DNA of 64,000 nt, taken from contig JBBKXD010000087.1 of the NCBI GenBank assembly GCA_037969295.1, positions 918-64,917 on the forward strand. Direction: 5' to 3'. Each line of letters begins with the position of its first letter. The first letter of the stretch is position 1. The position numbers and the translations under genes are program-made. This DNA is from Pyrinomonadaceae bacterium (GTDB taxonomy: Bacteria; Acidobacteriota; Blastocatellia; Pyrinomonadales; Pyrinomonadaceae). Of the stretch, positions 46,955 through 55,602 are shown piece by piece. The notes beneath the pieces are model-generated. The model made no database searches. It saw only the letters and a program-made list of their open reading frames with translations, and was not told the origin of the DNA.

Positions 46955-47227
46955 ATGTTGAATATGAAAATCGTGAGTTGGTCTCTCGGCATTTTTACTG
47001 CCATAAGTTTCGTGCTTTGCGTCATATACGGCTTAATTGTGCCGAAGGGTTTGCATATGCACGAATTTCTCGAAATGGTATTACCGGCGTTTGAGTGGCT
47101 AACCGTCTGGGGGTTTGTTCTCGGTCTCATCGAAAGTTTCCTCTACGGCGCGTATACAGGAATCGTATTTGTACCGATTTACAATTTACTTTTTTACCGG
47201 TGGGGTGGAAGGCGCAGGCGTGTATGA
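46955..47227 (+). CDS. small 2-TM membrane protein, paralogue 4 of 4 (DUF5676-like)
   Basis: MLNMKIVSWSLGIFTAISFVLCVIYGLIVPKGLHMHEFLEMVLPAFEWLTVWGFVLGLIESFLYG... Confidence 0.6.
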   Translation: MLNMKIVSWSLGIFTAISFVLCVIYGLIVPKGLHMHEFLEMVLPAFEWLTVWGFVLGLIESFLYGAYTGIVFVPIYNLLFYRWGGRRRRV

Positions 47228-47291
47228 GTTTTTTCACGCGGGTGGACTGGGATAGTGCCAGGAAATCGTTTGCCAAGAAAAATTTGGAAAT

Positions 47292-48011
47292 ATGCAATAC
47301 GTTTGGCTGACATGGTCCTTTCTGATTCTCGGTCTTTGGTCGGTAATCTATGTTGTAAAAAAAGATTATCGAAAAGTCATGCTGCCCGTCAGCCTTGGGA
47401 CAATGTTGTTTGGATTCACAGAGCCGTTGTTTGTCCCGGAGTACTGGTCGCCGCCTTCATTATTTGGTTTGGCCGAAAAAACCGGATTCGATATTGAAAG
47501 TTTCATATTTTCTTTTTCGATCGGCGGGATCGCATCGGTGCTTTATTCGTTCGTATTTTTCGCGGGCCCTGTTAGGTTGGATCAAACGGAAAAAACGGAT
47601 AAGCGTCACCGGCTTCATCTATATATTTTGTTTCTGCCTTTTTTAGTGTTTCCTTTTTTGGCGGTCGCCACAAATCTGAATCACATTTATTGCGGGATCA
47701 TTGCTCTTTTAGTCGGGGCAGTGGCGACTCTGTATTGTCGACCGGACCTAAAGGGGAAAATATTGATCGGTGGGCTGCTTTTTGCAATCCTGTATTTTTT
47801 CTACTTTGGCAGTATCTTGGTGTTTTTCCCGGACTATATAAGGACCTATTGGAACTTGAACGCACTCTCTAACTTTTTTATTTTGGGCATCCCGATAGAA
47901 GAAGTACTTTTTGCTTTCACTTTCGGCATGTATTGGTCAGGGATATTCGAGCATTCGGCATGGTATACCGTTCGTTCAAAGAAAACGATCTTTAATTCGT
48001 CGAATGGATAA
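47292..48011 (+). CDS. polytopic membrane protein, possibly lycopene-cyclase-domain family
   Basis: About 7 TM helices, with FTEPLF and GIPIEEVLFAF (PxEE-type) motifs reminiscent of CrtYc/Yd-like domains. This is a weak call. Confidence 0.35.
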   Translation: MQYVWLTWSFLILGLWSVIYVVKKDYRKVMLPVSLGTMLFGFTEPLFVPEYWSPPSLFGLAEKTGFDIESFIFSFSIGGIASVLYSFVFFAGPVRLDQTEKTDKRHRLHLYILFLPFLVFPFLAVATNLNHIYCGIIALLVGAVATLYCRPDLKGKILIGGLLFAILYFFYFGSILVFFPDYIRTYWNLNALSNFFILGIPIEEVLFAFTFGMYWSGIFEHSAWYTVRSKKTIFNSSNG

Positions 48012-48045
48012 ACATAATTTCTATTGAAATAGTTCGGGAAATATT

Positions 48046-50421
48046 ATGAGAAGAGAAATAACGAAAGGAACTTTGACACCGGCTGAGATCGAAAGAATCA
48101 ATGCTTACTGGAGGGCGGCGAATTATCTCTCCGTCGGGCAGATCTATCTGTTAGATAATCCGCTGTTGCGCGAACCGCTTAAAATCGAACATATCAAGCC
48201 GCGTTTGCTTGGTCATTGGGGAACAACGCCCGGACTAAACTTTATTTACGCGCATTTGAATCGCTTGATAAAACAGCACGATTTGAATGTGATTTACGTC
48301 TGCGGCCCCGGACACGGCGGACCGGGAATTGTCGCCAATGTTTATCTGGAAGGCACTTACAGCGAAGTTTATCCGAATATCTCGCGGGATACTGAAGGAA
48401 TGCAGAAATTGTTCAAACAGTTTTCCTTTCCCGGCGGCATTCCGAGCCACGTCGCACCGGAAACGCCCGGCTCGATCAACGAAGGCGGCGAACTCGGTTA
48501 CTCGCTCGTTCACGCTTACGGCGCGGTTTTCGATAATCCCGATTTGATCGCGGCGTGCGTCATCGGCGATGGCGAAGCCGAAACCGGAGCTTTGGCGGCA
48601 ACCTGGCATTCAAACAAATTTATCAATCCGGCACGGGACGGGATTGTTCTTCCGATCCTGCATTTGAATGGTTATAAGATCGCCAATCCAACTGTGTTGG
48701 CACGTTTGAGTCACGAAGAATTGGAAGATTTGATGATCGGTTACGGGCATAAACCATATTTCGTCGAAGAAGAAGACCCTGAAAAGATGCACGAAGAGAT
48801 GGCGAAAACACTCGACGCGGTTTATTCGGAAATTTTGGAAATTAAAGGACGGGCGCGGGAAAACGATTCGTTTGAACGCCCGATTTATCCGATGATCGTT
48901 CTCAGAAGTCCAAAAGGCTGGACGGGTCCGAAAATGGTTGACGGTTTGAAGATCGAAGGCACTTTCCGCGCTCATCAAGTTCCACTCGCCGCGCTTGCGG
49001 AAAAGCCGGAACATTTGAAGATGCTCGAAGAATGGATGCACTCGTATAAACCCGAAGACCTGTTTGACGAAAACGGAACTCTGATTCCCGAATTGCAGGA
49101 ACTCGCGCCAGAAGGCACTCGTCGAATGGGAATGAATCCGCACGCTAACGGCGGAAAACTGCTCAAGGATCTGAAGATGCCGGATTTCCATGATTATGCT
49201 ATTGAATTTTCCGAACCAGGCTCGGCGAAGGCGGAAGCAACAAGAGTTCTTGGCGAATTCTTGCGCGATATTTTCCGGATGAATTCTGATAATAAAAACT
49301 TTCGCGTATTTGGACCTGACGAAACTGCTTCAAATCGACTGAGCGCCGTTTTTGAGCAAACAAACCGCGTTTGGACCGAAGGCATTTTACCAACTGATGA
49401 TTTCCTCGCACCGGACGGCCGCGTCATGGAAGTTTTAAGCGAACACCTTTGCCAAGGCTGGCTCGAAGGCTATCTTTTGACCGGACGGCACGGTTTGTTT
49501 TCGTGTTACGAGGCGTTCATCCACATCATCGATTCGATGTTTAACCAACACGCGAAATGGCTCAAAGTAACCCGCGAAATTCCGTGGCGACGACCGATTG
49601 CGTCCTTGAATTATCTTCTGTCGTCGCACGTCTGGCGGCAGGATCACAACGGTTTTTCGCATCAAGACCCGGGTTTTCTCGACCACGTTATTAACAAGAA
49701 AGCCGAAGTCGTGCGCGTCTATCTGCCGCCTGATGCCAATACGCTGTTGTCGGTCGCCGACCATTGCTTGAGAAGTAAAAACTATGTCAATGTGATCGTC
49801 GCCGGAAAACAACCGGCCTTGCAATTTCTCGATATGGACGCGGCGGTCAAACACTGTACCGCCGGTGCCGGCATCTGGGAATGGGCGAGTAATGATGAAG
49901 ATGGAGAGCCGGATGTCGTAATGGCTTGCTGCGGCGACGTGCCGACGCTTGAAACATTGGCGGCGGTTGATATTCTGCGAAAAAACTTCCCTGATTTAAA
50001 AATCCGAGTGGTCAATGTTGTTAATTTGATGAAACTCCAGCCCGTCAAAGAACATCCGCACGGACTTTCCGACGCAGATTTTGATTCGATATTTACCACC
50101 AACAAACCGCTTATCTTTGCCTTTCACGGCTATCCGTGGCTGATTCACCGTTTAACTTATCGGCGGACAAATCACAAAAATCTGCACGTTCGAGGTTATA
50201 AGGAAGAAGGCACGACGACGACGCCGTTCGATATGGTCGTCTTAAACGACCTTGACCGTTTTCATCTGGTGATGGATGTTATTGAACGTCTTCCTCAGCT
50301 TGTAAAAACCGGAGCTCACGTCAAGCAAAAAATGCGCGACAAACTCATCGAACACAAAGAATATATCTATGCTCATGGCGACGATATGCCGGAAATTAAA
50401 GATTGGAAATGGACATATTAA
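48046..50421 (+). CDS. xfp: xylulose-5-phosphate/fructose-6-phosphate phosphoketolase
   Basis: 791 aa. [20 protein letters not shown] and [11 protein letters not shown] motifs. Full-length XFP architecture. Confidence 0.92.
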   Translation: MRREITKGTLTPAEIERINAYWRAANYLSVGQIYLLDNPLLREPLKIEHIKPRLLGHWGTTPGLNFIYAHLNRLIKQHDLNVIYVCGPGHGGPGIVANVYLEGTYSEVYPNISRDTEGMQKLFKQFSFPGGIPSHVAPETPGSINEGGELGYSLVHAYGAVFDNPDLIAACVIGDGEAETGALAATWHSNKFINPARDGIVLPILHLNGYKIANPTVLARLSHEELEDLMIGYGHKPYFVEEEDPEKMHEEMAKTLDAVYSEILEIKGRARENDSFERPIYPMIVLRSPKGWTGPKMVDGLKIEGTFRAHQVPLAALAEKPEHLKMLEEWMHSYKPEDLFDENGTLIPELQELAPEGTRRMGMNPHANGGKLLKDLKMPDFHDYAIEFSEPGSAKAEATRVLGEFLRDIFRMNSDNKNFRVFGPDETASNRLSAVFEQTNRVWTEGILPTDDFLAPDGRVMEVLSEHLCQGWLEGYLLTGRHGLFSCYEAFIHIIDSMFNQHAKWLKVTREIPWRRPIASLNYLLSSHVWRQDHNGFSHQDPGFLDHVINKKAEVVRVYLPPDANTLLSVADHCLRSKNYVNVIVAGKQPALQFLDMDAAVKHCTAGAGIWEWASNDEDGEPDVVMACCGDVPTLETLAAVDILRKNFPDLKIRVVNVVNLMKLQPVKEHPHGLSDADFDSIFTTNKPLIFAFHGYPWLIHRLTYRRTNHKNLHVRGYKEEGTTTTPFDMVVLNDLDRFHLVMDVIERLPQLVKTGAHVKQKMRDKLIEHKEYIYAHGDDMPEIKDWKWTY

Positions 50422-50445
50422 GGCGAATCAAACAGATTGATATTT

Positions 50446-51675
50446 ATGAATGTTCTAGTCTTAAATTGCGGCAGCTCGTCGCTTAAGTTCCAACTGATCG
50501 CCACCGATTTGGAGCTAATTGAGCGAGATGGTGACCGGCGTCTCGCGCACGGCGAAATTGAGCGAATCGGTGGAGCGGCGATCATCACTTTTACGGCTGA
50601 AGGAAAAACCGCTTATCGTTCCGCCGAACCGATTAAAGATATGCGCTCGGCGGTTGAAACCGTTTTAAGATGGATTGCATCGGATGCGTCGGAAATTGAT
50701 GAAATAAGTGCCCTTGCCGATATTCAGGCCGTCGGTAATCGTGTAGTTCACGGCGGCGAAAAGTTTACCGAATCGGCAATAATTACGGACGAAGTTCTGC
50801 GCGGCATCGAAGATTTTATCGAACTTGCGCCGCTGCATAACCCCGCCAACATCAAGGGGATTTTAGCCGCCCGCGACGTTCTCGGCAAAGGAATTCCGCA
50901 GGCGGCGGTTTTCGACACCGCGTTTCACCAAACTCTGCCCGAACACGCTTTTCTATACGCACTTCCCTATCAATTTTACCGGCGCCACAAGATCCGCCGC
51001 TACGGTTTTCACGGCACATCTCACCGCTACGTCGCTTATCGCTACCGCAAAATCAAAAATATCGAGCGCGAAAACGTCAACATCATCACGCTGCATCTCG
51101 GCAACGGCTGTTCGATCGCGGCAATCAAAGGCGGTAATTCGATTGATACTTCGATGGGTTTGACACCGCTCGAAGGCTTAGTGATGGGAACTCGCTCGGG
51201 TGATATTGATCCGGCAATCGTCGAATTTATCTGCTCGAAAGAAGGTTTGACGGTGCAGGAAACTGAAATGCTTCTCAATACACAATCAGGATTGCTCGGC
51301 GTTTCTGGTCTGACCAACGATATGCGCGAGCTTGTTGCCGAGGCAACCGAGAACAAAGACCGCCGTTCGCTGCTTGCCATCGAGATCTTCTGTTATCGGG
51401 CCACTAAATATATCGGTGCCTATTTAGCCGCAATGAATGGTACTGACGCAATCATTTTTGCGGGCGGCATTGGTGAAAACTCAGCTTACGTTCGTCGCGT
51501 TATTTGTGAAAAGTTAAAGTGGATCGGAATCGAACTAAACGCAGAGAGTAATCAGGAAACGGTAAACGGAAAAGAAGGCATCATCAGCCTCGACAACTCG
51601 CGGCCCGATGTCTACGTGATTCCGACCAATGAAGAACTACTCATTGCCCGCGATACCGTTCGGCTTATTTCTTGA
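50446..51675 (+). CDS. ackA: acetate kinase
   Basis: MNVLVLNCGSSSLKFQ, VGNRVVHGG, GFHGTSH and IFAGGIGENS. Confidence 0.92.
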   Translation: MNVLVLNCGSSSLKFQLIATDLELIERDGDRRLAHGEIERIGGAAIITFTAEGKTAYRSAEPIKDMRSAVETVLRWIASDASEIDEISALADIQAVGNRVVHGGEKFTESAIITDEVLRGIEDFIELAPLHNPANIKGILAARDVLGKGIPQAAVFDTAFHQTLPEHAFLYALPYQFYRRHKIRRYGFHGTSHRYVAYRYRKIKNIERENVNIITLHLGNGCSIAAIKGGNSIDTSMGLTPLEGLVMGTRSGDIDPAIVEFICSKEGLTVQETEMLLNTQSGLLGVSGLTNDMRELVAEATENKDRRSLLAIEIFCYRATKYIGAYLAAMNGTDAIIFAGGIGENSAYVRRVICEKLKWIGIELNAESNQETVNGKEGIISLDNSRPDVYVIPTNEELLIARDTVRLIS

Positions 51676-51726
51676 ACGGACAACGGTTCTAGTGATGTCG
51701 ATTGGACACAAGGGCCGGAGAATATT

Positions 51727-52131
51727 ATGACGGAACACTCGTATTCGATTGCCGGTGCAGGGCCGGCGGGCTTGGCTGCCGCAATTACATTGGCGAACGC
51801 CGGGCGAAATGTCATCGTGCACGAAGCAAATCCGAAAGTTGGAGTTCGTTTTCAGCGAGACCTTCAAGGTTTGGAGAAGTGGTCCAGTAATGTTGATATT
51901 CTGGACGAATTTTCTGCCTTTGGTTTGTCATTGGCCTTTAAGCGTCATCCGGCGGTGTCAGGAACAGCCTTCGATGCGTGGGGAAAAAGCCACCCAACCT
52001 CCTGTTGCCTATTGCCAGAAGACGGTTTCGAAGTCAGCGAGACGATGTTAGCTGCAGCCATGCGAATTGTGATTGCGTCTGGTGCCATAGTTGCGCGGCA
52101 GACGACGGAATCCAAGAATGACGGTCACTAA
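51727..52131 (+). pseudogene. N-terminal fragment of an FAD-dependent oxidoreductase (geranylgeranyl-reductase-like)
   Basis: YSIAGAGPAGLAAAITLANAGRNVIVHE dinucleotide-binding motif. Only ~95 aa are plausible, followed by non-coding debris up to 52370. Confidence 0.5.
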
Positions 52132-52370
52132 ATGTAAACCTTCGAACGCTTTATCGCGATGGCAAGCACAGGACGGATTGACTTCATCTGCGTCCAAATT
52201 TTGCACACGGTTCATGCTGCTTTTGCCTCAAAATCGCTCTGATTCATTATTACTACTATCGCTCCGGTTCAAATGCCGTTAATGACGCCAAAACGAACTA
52301 ATCCGACAAATCCGACGAAAATTACCCCGATCACTCCAATTTAGAAAGGCTCTAAGGTTACGGTTATTTA

Positions 52371-53300
52371 TCAGCTTTTTGTTATTACTTCGACAGTGCA
52401 GGACGCGCTGCTCGCAACGGCCGACGCGACGCAGCCTAAAGAATGGGATTGTCCAGAGTTTGCTCCGATGAAAATTGTGTCGGCGTTCCATGCTTTCGTC
52501 TCCTTGGTCAACATTATCCGCGGGTTGCCGCCACAATGATTGACTGAAGTTGTTAGGCCTGCGTTTCTAAGCAGAACGAGGGCTTTGCTAGTTAAGGATT
52601 CAACCCATTTCTCTTCGCCTTTCATCCCGCCTTCCGGAATTCCTGGAATTAGCTGAAACACCCTTCCTGGAATTAATGCAATAAGTGGATCCGTAACAAC
52701 AAAAAGCCCAACTTCCGGCTTTCCTTTCCACTGCCGCAACGAAACCGTTCTGACTGCTTCCAAAGAGCACGGGGAGTTATCAAAGCATATAGCGATTTTG
52801 AGCCGGTCGGTTTCGTTCTCTAGTCCTACGCGGACAATTCGCACCGGAACGTTTGAATAAGAAAGGATCTTTTGGGAAAGGCTACCTAACCCTGTCCTAT
52901 TGTCTGATGAAAGTCCCAGAGGACCGACAACGATCAGATTCGGTGCGAATTCAGCGGCTACTTGCAGGATCACTTGGGCGGGTGAGCCTACAAAGGCTAG
53001 TGTTTCTATGGACCATTTCGGAAAGAGTTTTTGTAGGTTTTCTTTGGCTTCGACAAGGATCCCCCTTGTTACCTCTAGGTTTCTATCCATCTGTTCAGAG
53101 TGTTTGTGAAAATATTCAAAAATGTCGTCGCCAAGATGTGTTTCATGCTTGCTACCGTCTATTTCTGGTGATAGCGAAACCTCGGAGACTGAAATGATCC
53201 GGACGTGCGCCTGGTTTGGGAAGCCAGCGCACTGTAAGTCGTAAATAGCATTGCGTGAATATCCCGATCCATCGTATGCGATTAAGATTTTCATAACCAA
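52371..53300 (-). CDS. universal stress protein, tandem UspA domains
   Basis: KILIAYDGS...LIVVGPLG...VRIVR and KIAICFDNS...IFIGANSG...VASAVASSASCTVEVI. Same 309-aa size and architecture as 13215-14144. Confidence 0.85.
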   Translation of the reverse strand: MVMKILIAYDGSGYSRNAIYDLQCAGFPNQAHVRIISVSEVSLSPEIDGSKHETHLGDDIFEYFHKHSEQMDRNLEVTRGILVEAKENLQKLFPKWSIETLAFVGSPAQVILQVAAEFAPNLIVVGPLGLSSDNRTGLGSLSQKILSYSNVPVRIVRVGLENETDRLKIAICFDNSPCSLEAVRTVSLRQWKGKPEVGLFVVTDPLIALIPGRVFQLIPGIPEGGMKGEEKWVESLTSKALVLLRNAGLTTSVNHCGGNPRIMLTKETKAWNADTIFIGANSGQSHSLGCVASAVASSASCTVEVITKS

Positions 53301-53403
53301 ATAGATTTATTGCTCGATGGGTTACCTTCCCGGCTTCCCCAATCTATATTTTTTTTATAAAGTTTTGGAGTAATCGTTATGTTCCAACTTCTCATACTCC
53401 ATT

Positions 53404-53978
53404 TTAGTCATGTGTCGGGTTTTGCTCCAATAATTCCGCACGGAGCAGAAAGCTGCCCTCAGTTACGATTCGGTCTCCAACATTCAGGCCTTCCAATACC
53501 GTAAAGCGGCCATTGTTTTCCGCCCCGAGCCGCACCTGCCGTATACCAAAGACATTTGGCTTGTCTGTTGAAACAAAGACTACCGTTCGTTCATGTTCTG
53601 AGCCGCCGAAGCCGGGATCACAGGCATAGTCCGTTCGGCCGTTCCAGTTGAGCCGAAAGCAGCATTGACATACATTCCGATCTTAAGCACTTGGCGGGGA
53701 TTTTCAACTTCGACGCGAACCTGTGGCGAGCGAGTAGCTTGATCTATATTAGGATGAATATACGTGACGTGGCCGCGAAACAGGCGCCCCGGATAATCAT
53801 CGGTAGTCACGCTCGCGCCGCTTCCGGTTCGAAGCAAATGTATGTCCTTTTCATAAACCTGGGCAATCACCCACACCGTTCCAAGGTCGGTTACACGCAT
53901 CAATTCCTTGTTTACCTCTATCACCTCGCCGGGATTCGCATCACGCTTTGTGATCGTTCCGGAAACAGGTGCGGTCAA
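53404..53978 (-). pseudogene. 5'-truncated and frameshifted RND/heavy-metal efflux periplasmic adaptor (MFP) gene
   Basis: APVSGTITKRDANPGEVI...VWVIAQVYEKDI...GHVTYIHPNIDQATR (barrel domain). The C-terminus VVFVSTDKPNVFGIRQVRLGAENNGRFTVLEGLNVGDRIVTEGSFLL is in another frame, and no N-terminal half is present. Confidence 0.65.
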
Positions 53979-54001
53979 GCTAATTTCGGCGCTAATCTGC
54001 G

Positions 54002-54349
54002 ATGGCGAACGGAGGGAGTTTACGCGCGGCGCTGGGAGGCCGCGAATCGATAGCTATACGATTCGCATGCGACCCAAATTCCTTTAAAACAGTGACCCAT
54101 GAGCAACAACTGGAAGGCGTCAACAAAGCTTCAGAGAGAGTTCCTGGCCAACCAAAAGATATTGCCTCCGTTCGCGACCCGCTATTGAGCGAAGCTGAAG
54201 CCGCAAAATTCCTGGGAATTTCAAAAATGACATTGCTCCGCAAACGAAACGCAGGAAACATCGGCTTTTTTAGGCTAGGGTTCCGCGTTCTTTATTCCAA
54301 AGAAAAGCATCTCCTTCCTTTTTTGGAGCAATGCGAGCGAGGAAAATAA
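54002..54349 (+). CDS. excisionase/AlpA-like helix-turn-helix DNA-binding protein
   Basis: LLSEAEAAKFLGISKMTLLRKRNAGNIGFFRLGFRVLYSKEKHLLPFLE matches the excisionase-type HTH pattern. The true start is uncertain. It lies ~130 nt from the tRNA. Confidence 0.55.
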   Translation: MANGGSLRAALGGRESIAIRFACDPNSFKTVTHEQQLEGVNKASERVPGQPKDIASVRDPLLSEAEAAKFLGISKMTLLRKRNAGNIGFFRLGFRVLYSKEKHLLPFLEQCERGK

Positions 54350-54480
54350 ATCCAATATTTTCTCCACCAACGAAAAAAATGACTATTAAGGAAAATAAAA
54401 GGTCTGCCTACTAATAGGAAACTTTCTAGGAAATACACATAAGTCTGTCAGTTGTTGACAGGCTAAGTTTTTGATTTCAA

Positions 54481-54557
54481 TGGTGCTCCCGGCGTGATTC
54501 GAACACGCGACCTTCCACTTAGGAGGCGGACGCTCTATCCAACTGAGCTACGGGAGC
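54481..54557 (-). tRNA. tRNA-Arg (anticodon CCT), CCA encoded
   Basis: The reverse complement folds as GCTCCCG-TA-GCTC-AGTTGGATA-GAGC-G-TCCGC-CTCCTAA-GTGGA-AGGTC-GCGTG-TTCGAAT-CACGC-CGGGAGC-ACCA. Confidence 0.92.
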
Positions 54558-54562
54558 CTATC

Positions 54563-54723
54563 GATTTTGGATTGTGGATTTCGGATTTCGGATTGTCAAC
54601 TCCTTCGGTCGAAGAATGCGGATTTGGGATCTGGGATCTGGGTTCCGTCCGCACCGTCGTGCGTCTTCCAAATCCCAAATCCGCAATCCCAAATCCCAAA
54701 TCCCAAATCCCAAATCCCAAATC
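54563..54723. repeat. heptanucleotide tandem arrays in inverted orientation: (GATTTNG)x4.5, (GGATYTG)x3.5, then (CCAAATC)x8
   Basis: Arrays at 54563-54595, 54620-54644 and 54668-54723. The last abuts the apt stop codon, and the arrays are mutually complementary. Confidence 0.85.
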
Positions 54724-54725
54724 GA

Positions 54726-55247
54726 CTACGAGTCGTAATCTATCAGCGACTTCACGTTGTAGCCGTTAAACTTGTCGCGGCCTTTCAGGAAGTTGAGCTC
54801 GACGACGAAGAGCAGTCCCTCAACCTTTCCGCCGAGGCCTTCGACCAGGTCGACGACCGCTTTCGCGGTGCCGCCGGTCGCCAGCAGATCGTCTACGATC
54901 AGCACGCGGTGACCTTCACCGACCGCATCCTTATGCATTTCGAGCGTGTCTTGTCCGTACTCGAGGTCGTAGGAGACCGAAACGCATTCGGCGGGAAGTT
55001 TCTTCGGCTTGCGGACAGGGACGAATCCCGCACCAAGTTGATATGCGAGCGGTGTCGCAAAAATAAAACCCCGGGACTCGACACCGATCACCGTATCGAT
55101 GTCCAGGCCGCGACACTGTTCGGTGAGTGCGTCGATCGTTTCCTCAAGACCGTTCGGATCCTTGAGCAAGGTAGTGATGTCGTAAAAATTGATGCCCGGT
55201 TTAGGAAAGTCGGGCACCTCGCGAATTAATTTTCTTAAGTTTTCCAT
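54726..55247 (-). CDS. apt: adenine phosphoribosyltransferase
   Basis: [18 protein letters not shown] motif and [19 protein letters not shown]-terminus, 173 aa. Confidence 0.92.
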   Translation of the reverse strand: MENLRKLIREVPDFPKPGINFYDITTLLKDPNGLEETIDALTEQCRGLDIDTVIGVESRGFIFATPLAYQLGAGFVPVRKPKKLPAECVSVSYDLEYGQDTLEMHKDAVGEGHRVLIVDDLLATGGTAKAVVDLVEGLGGKVEGLLFVVELNFLKGRDKFNGYNVKSLIDYDS

Positions 55248-55253
55248 CTGTGA

Positions 55254-55295
55254 AGTAGTCAGTAGTCAGTAGTCAGAAGTCAGAAGTCGGTAGTC
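55254..55295. repeat. heptanucleotide tandem repeat (AGTAGTC)x3 (AGAAGTC)x2 (GGTAGTC)x1
   Basis: Six contiguous 7-nt units between the acylphosphatase stop and the apt start. Confidence 0.85.
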
Positions 55296-55318
55296 GGGGT
55301 AAATTAGCTCCGAACTCA

Positions 55319-55597
55319 TCATCCTCGTTCTATTCGAAAAGCCGAGAAGGTCCGGTCGGGTTCGAGGACGATTTCTTCAACATCTTCAACACTCGAGTAC
55401 GTCGGACCGGCGGCTAGATCATGCTTGAAAGCCTCGACTGCTCGTTCGGCTCCTTGCGCAAACGCCTCGACACGCCCGTCTTCGAGATTTTTCACATATC
55501 CGCGAACCTGATGACGCGCGGCCGAACGCTGCGCAAAATACCTGAAGCCGACACCTTGAACCTGTCCACGAATAAAAAACTTTCTTGCAACAACCAT
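55319..55597 (-). CDS. acyP: acylphosphatase
   Basis: FIRGQVQGVGFRYFAQ...GYVKNLEDGRVE signature. The start is taken at MVVARKFF. Confidence 0.85.
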   Translation of the reverse strand: MVVARKFFIRGQVQGVGFRYFAQRSAARHQVRGYVKNLEDGRVEAFAQGAERAVEAFKHDLAAGPTYSSVEDVEEIVLEPDRTFSAFRIERG

Positions 55598-55602
55598 CGT
55601 GA

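Larger units (their letters stand above)
4175..54557. mobile_element. ~50.3 kb tRNA-Arg-associated genomic island, apparently integrase-less and degenerate
   Basis: Bounded by the intact tRNA-Arg(CCT) and a perfect 43-nt direct repeat of its 3' half. There is an AT-rich junction at 4218-4300. An excisionase-like HTH and gene fragments sit at the tRNA-proximal end. Confidence 0.7.

Noticed and set aside
54563-54723. Repeat arrays as a possible CRISPR locus
   Set aside because: The units are 7 nt, contiguous and without spacers, and there are no cas genes. These are microsatellite-type tandem repeats.
54494-55229. ORFs 54494-54769, 54535-54720 and 54567-55229 with PNPKSQIPNPKS-type repeats
   Set aside because: They are read through the heptanucleotide tandem arrays, the tRNA and the antisense of apt. 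The repeat peptide is a translation artefact of (CCAAATC)n.
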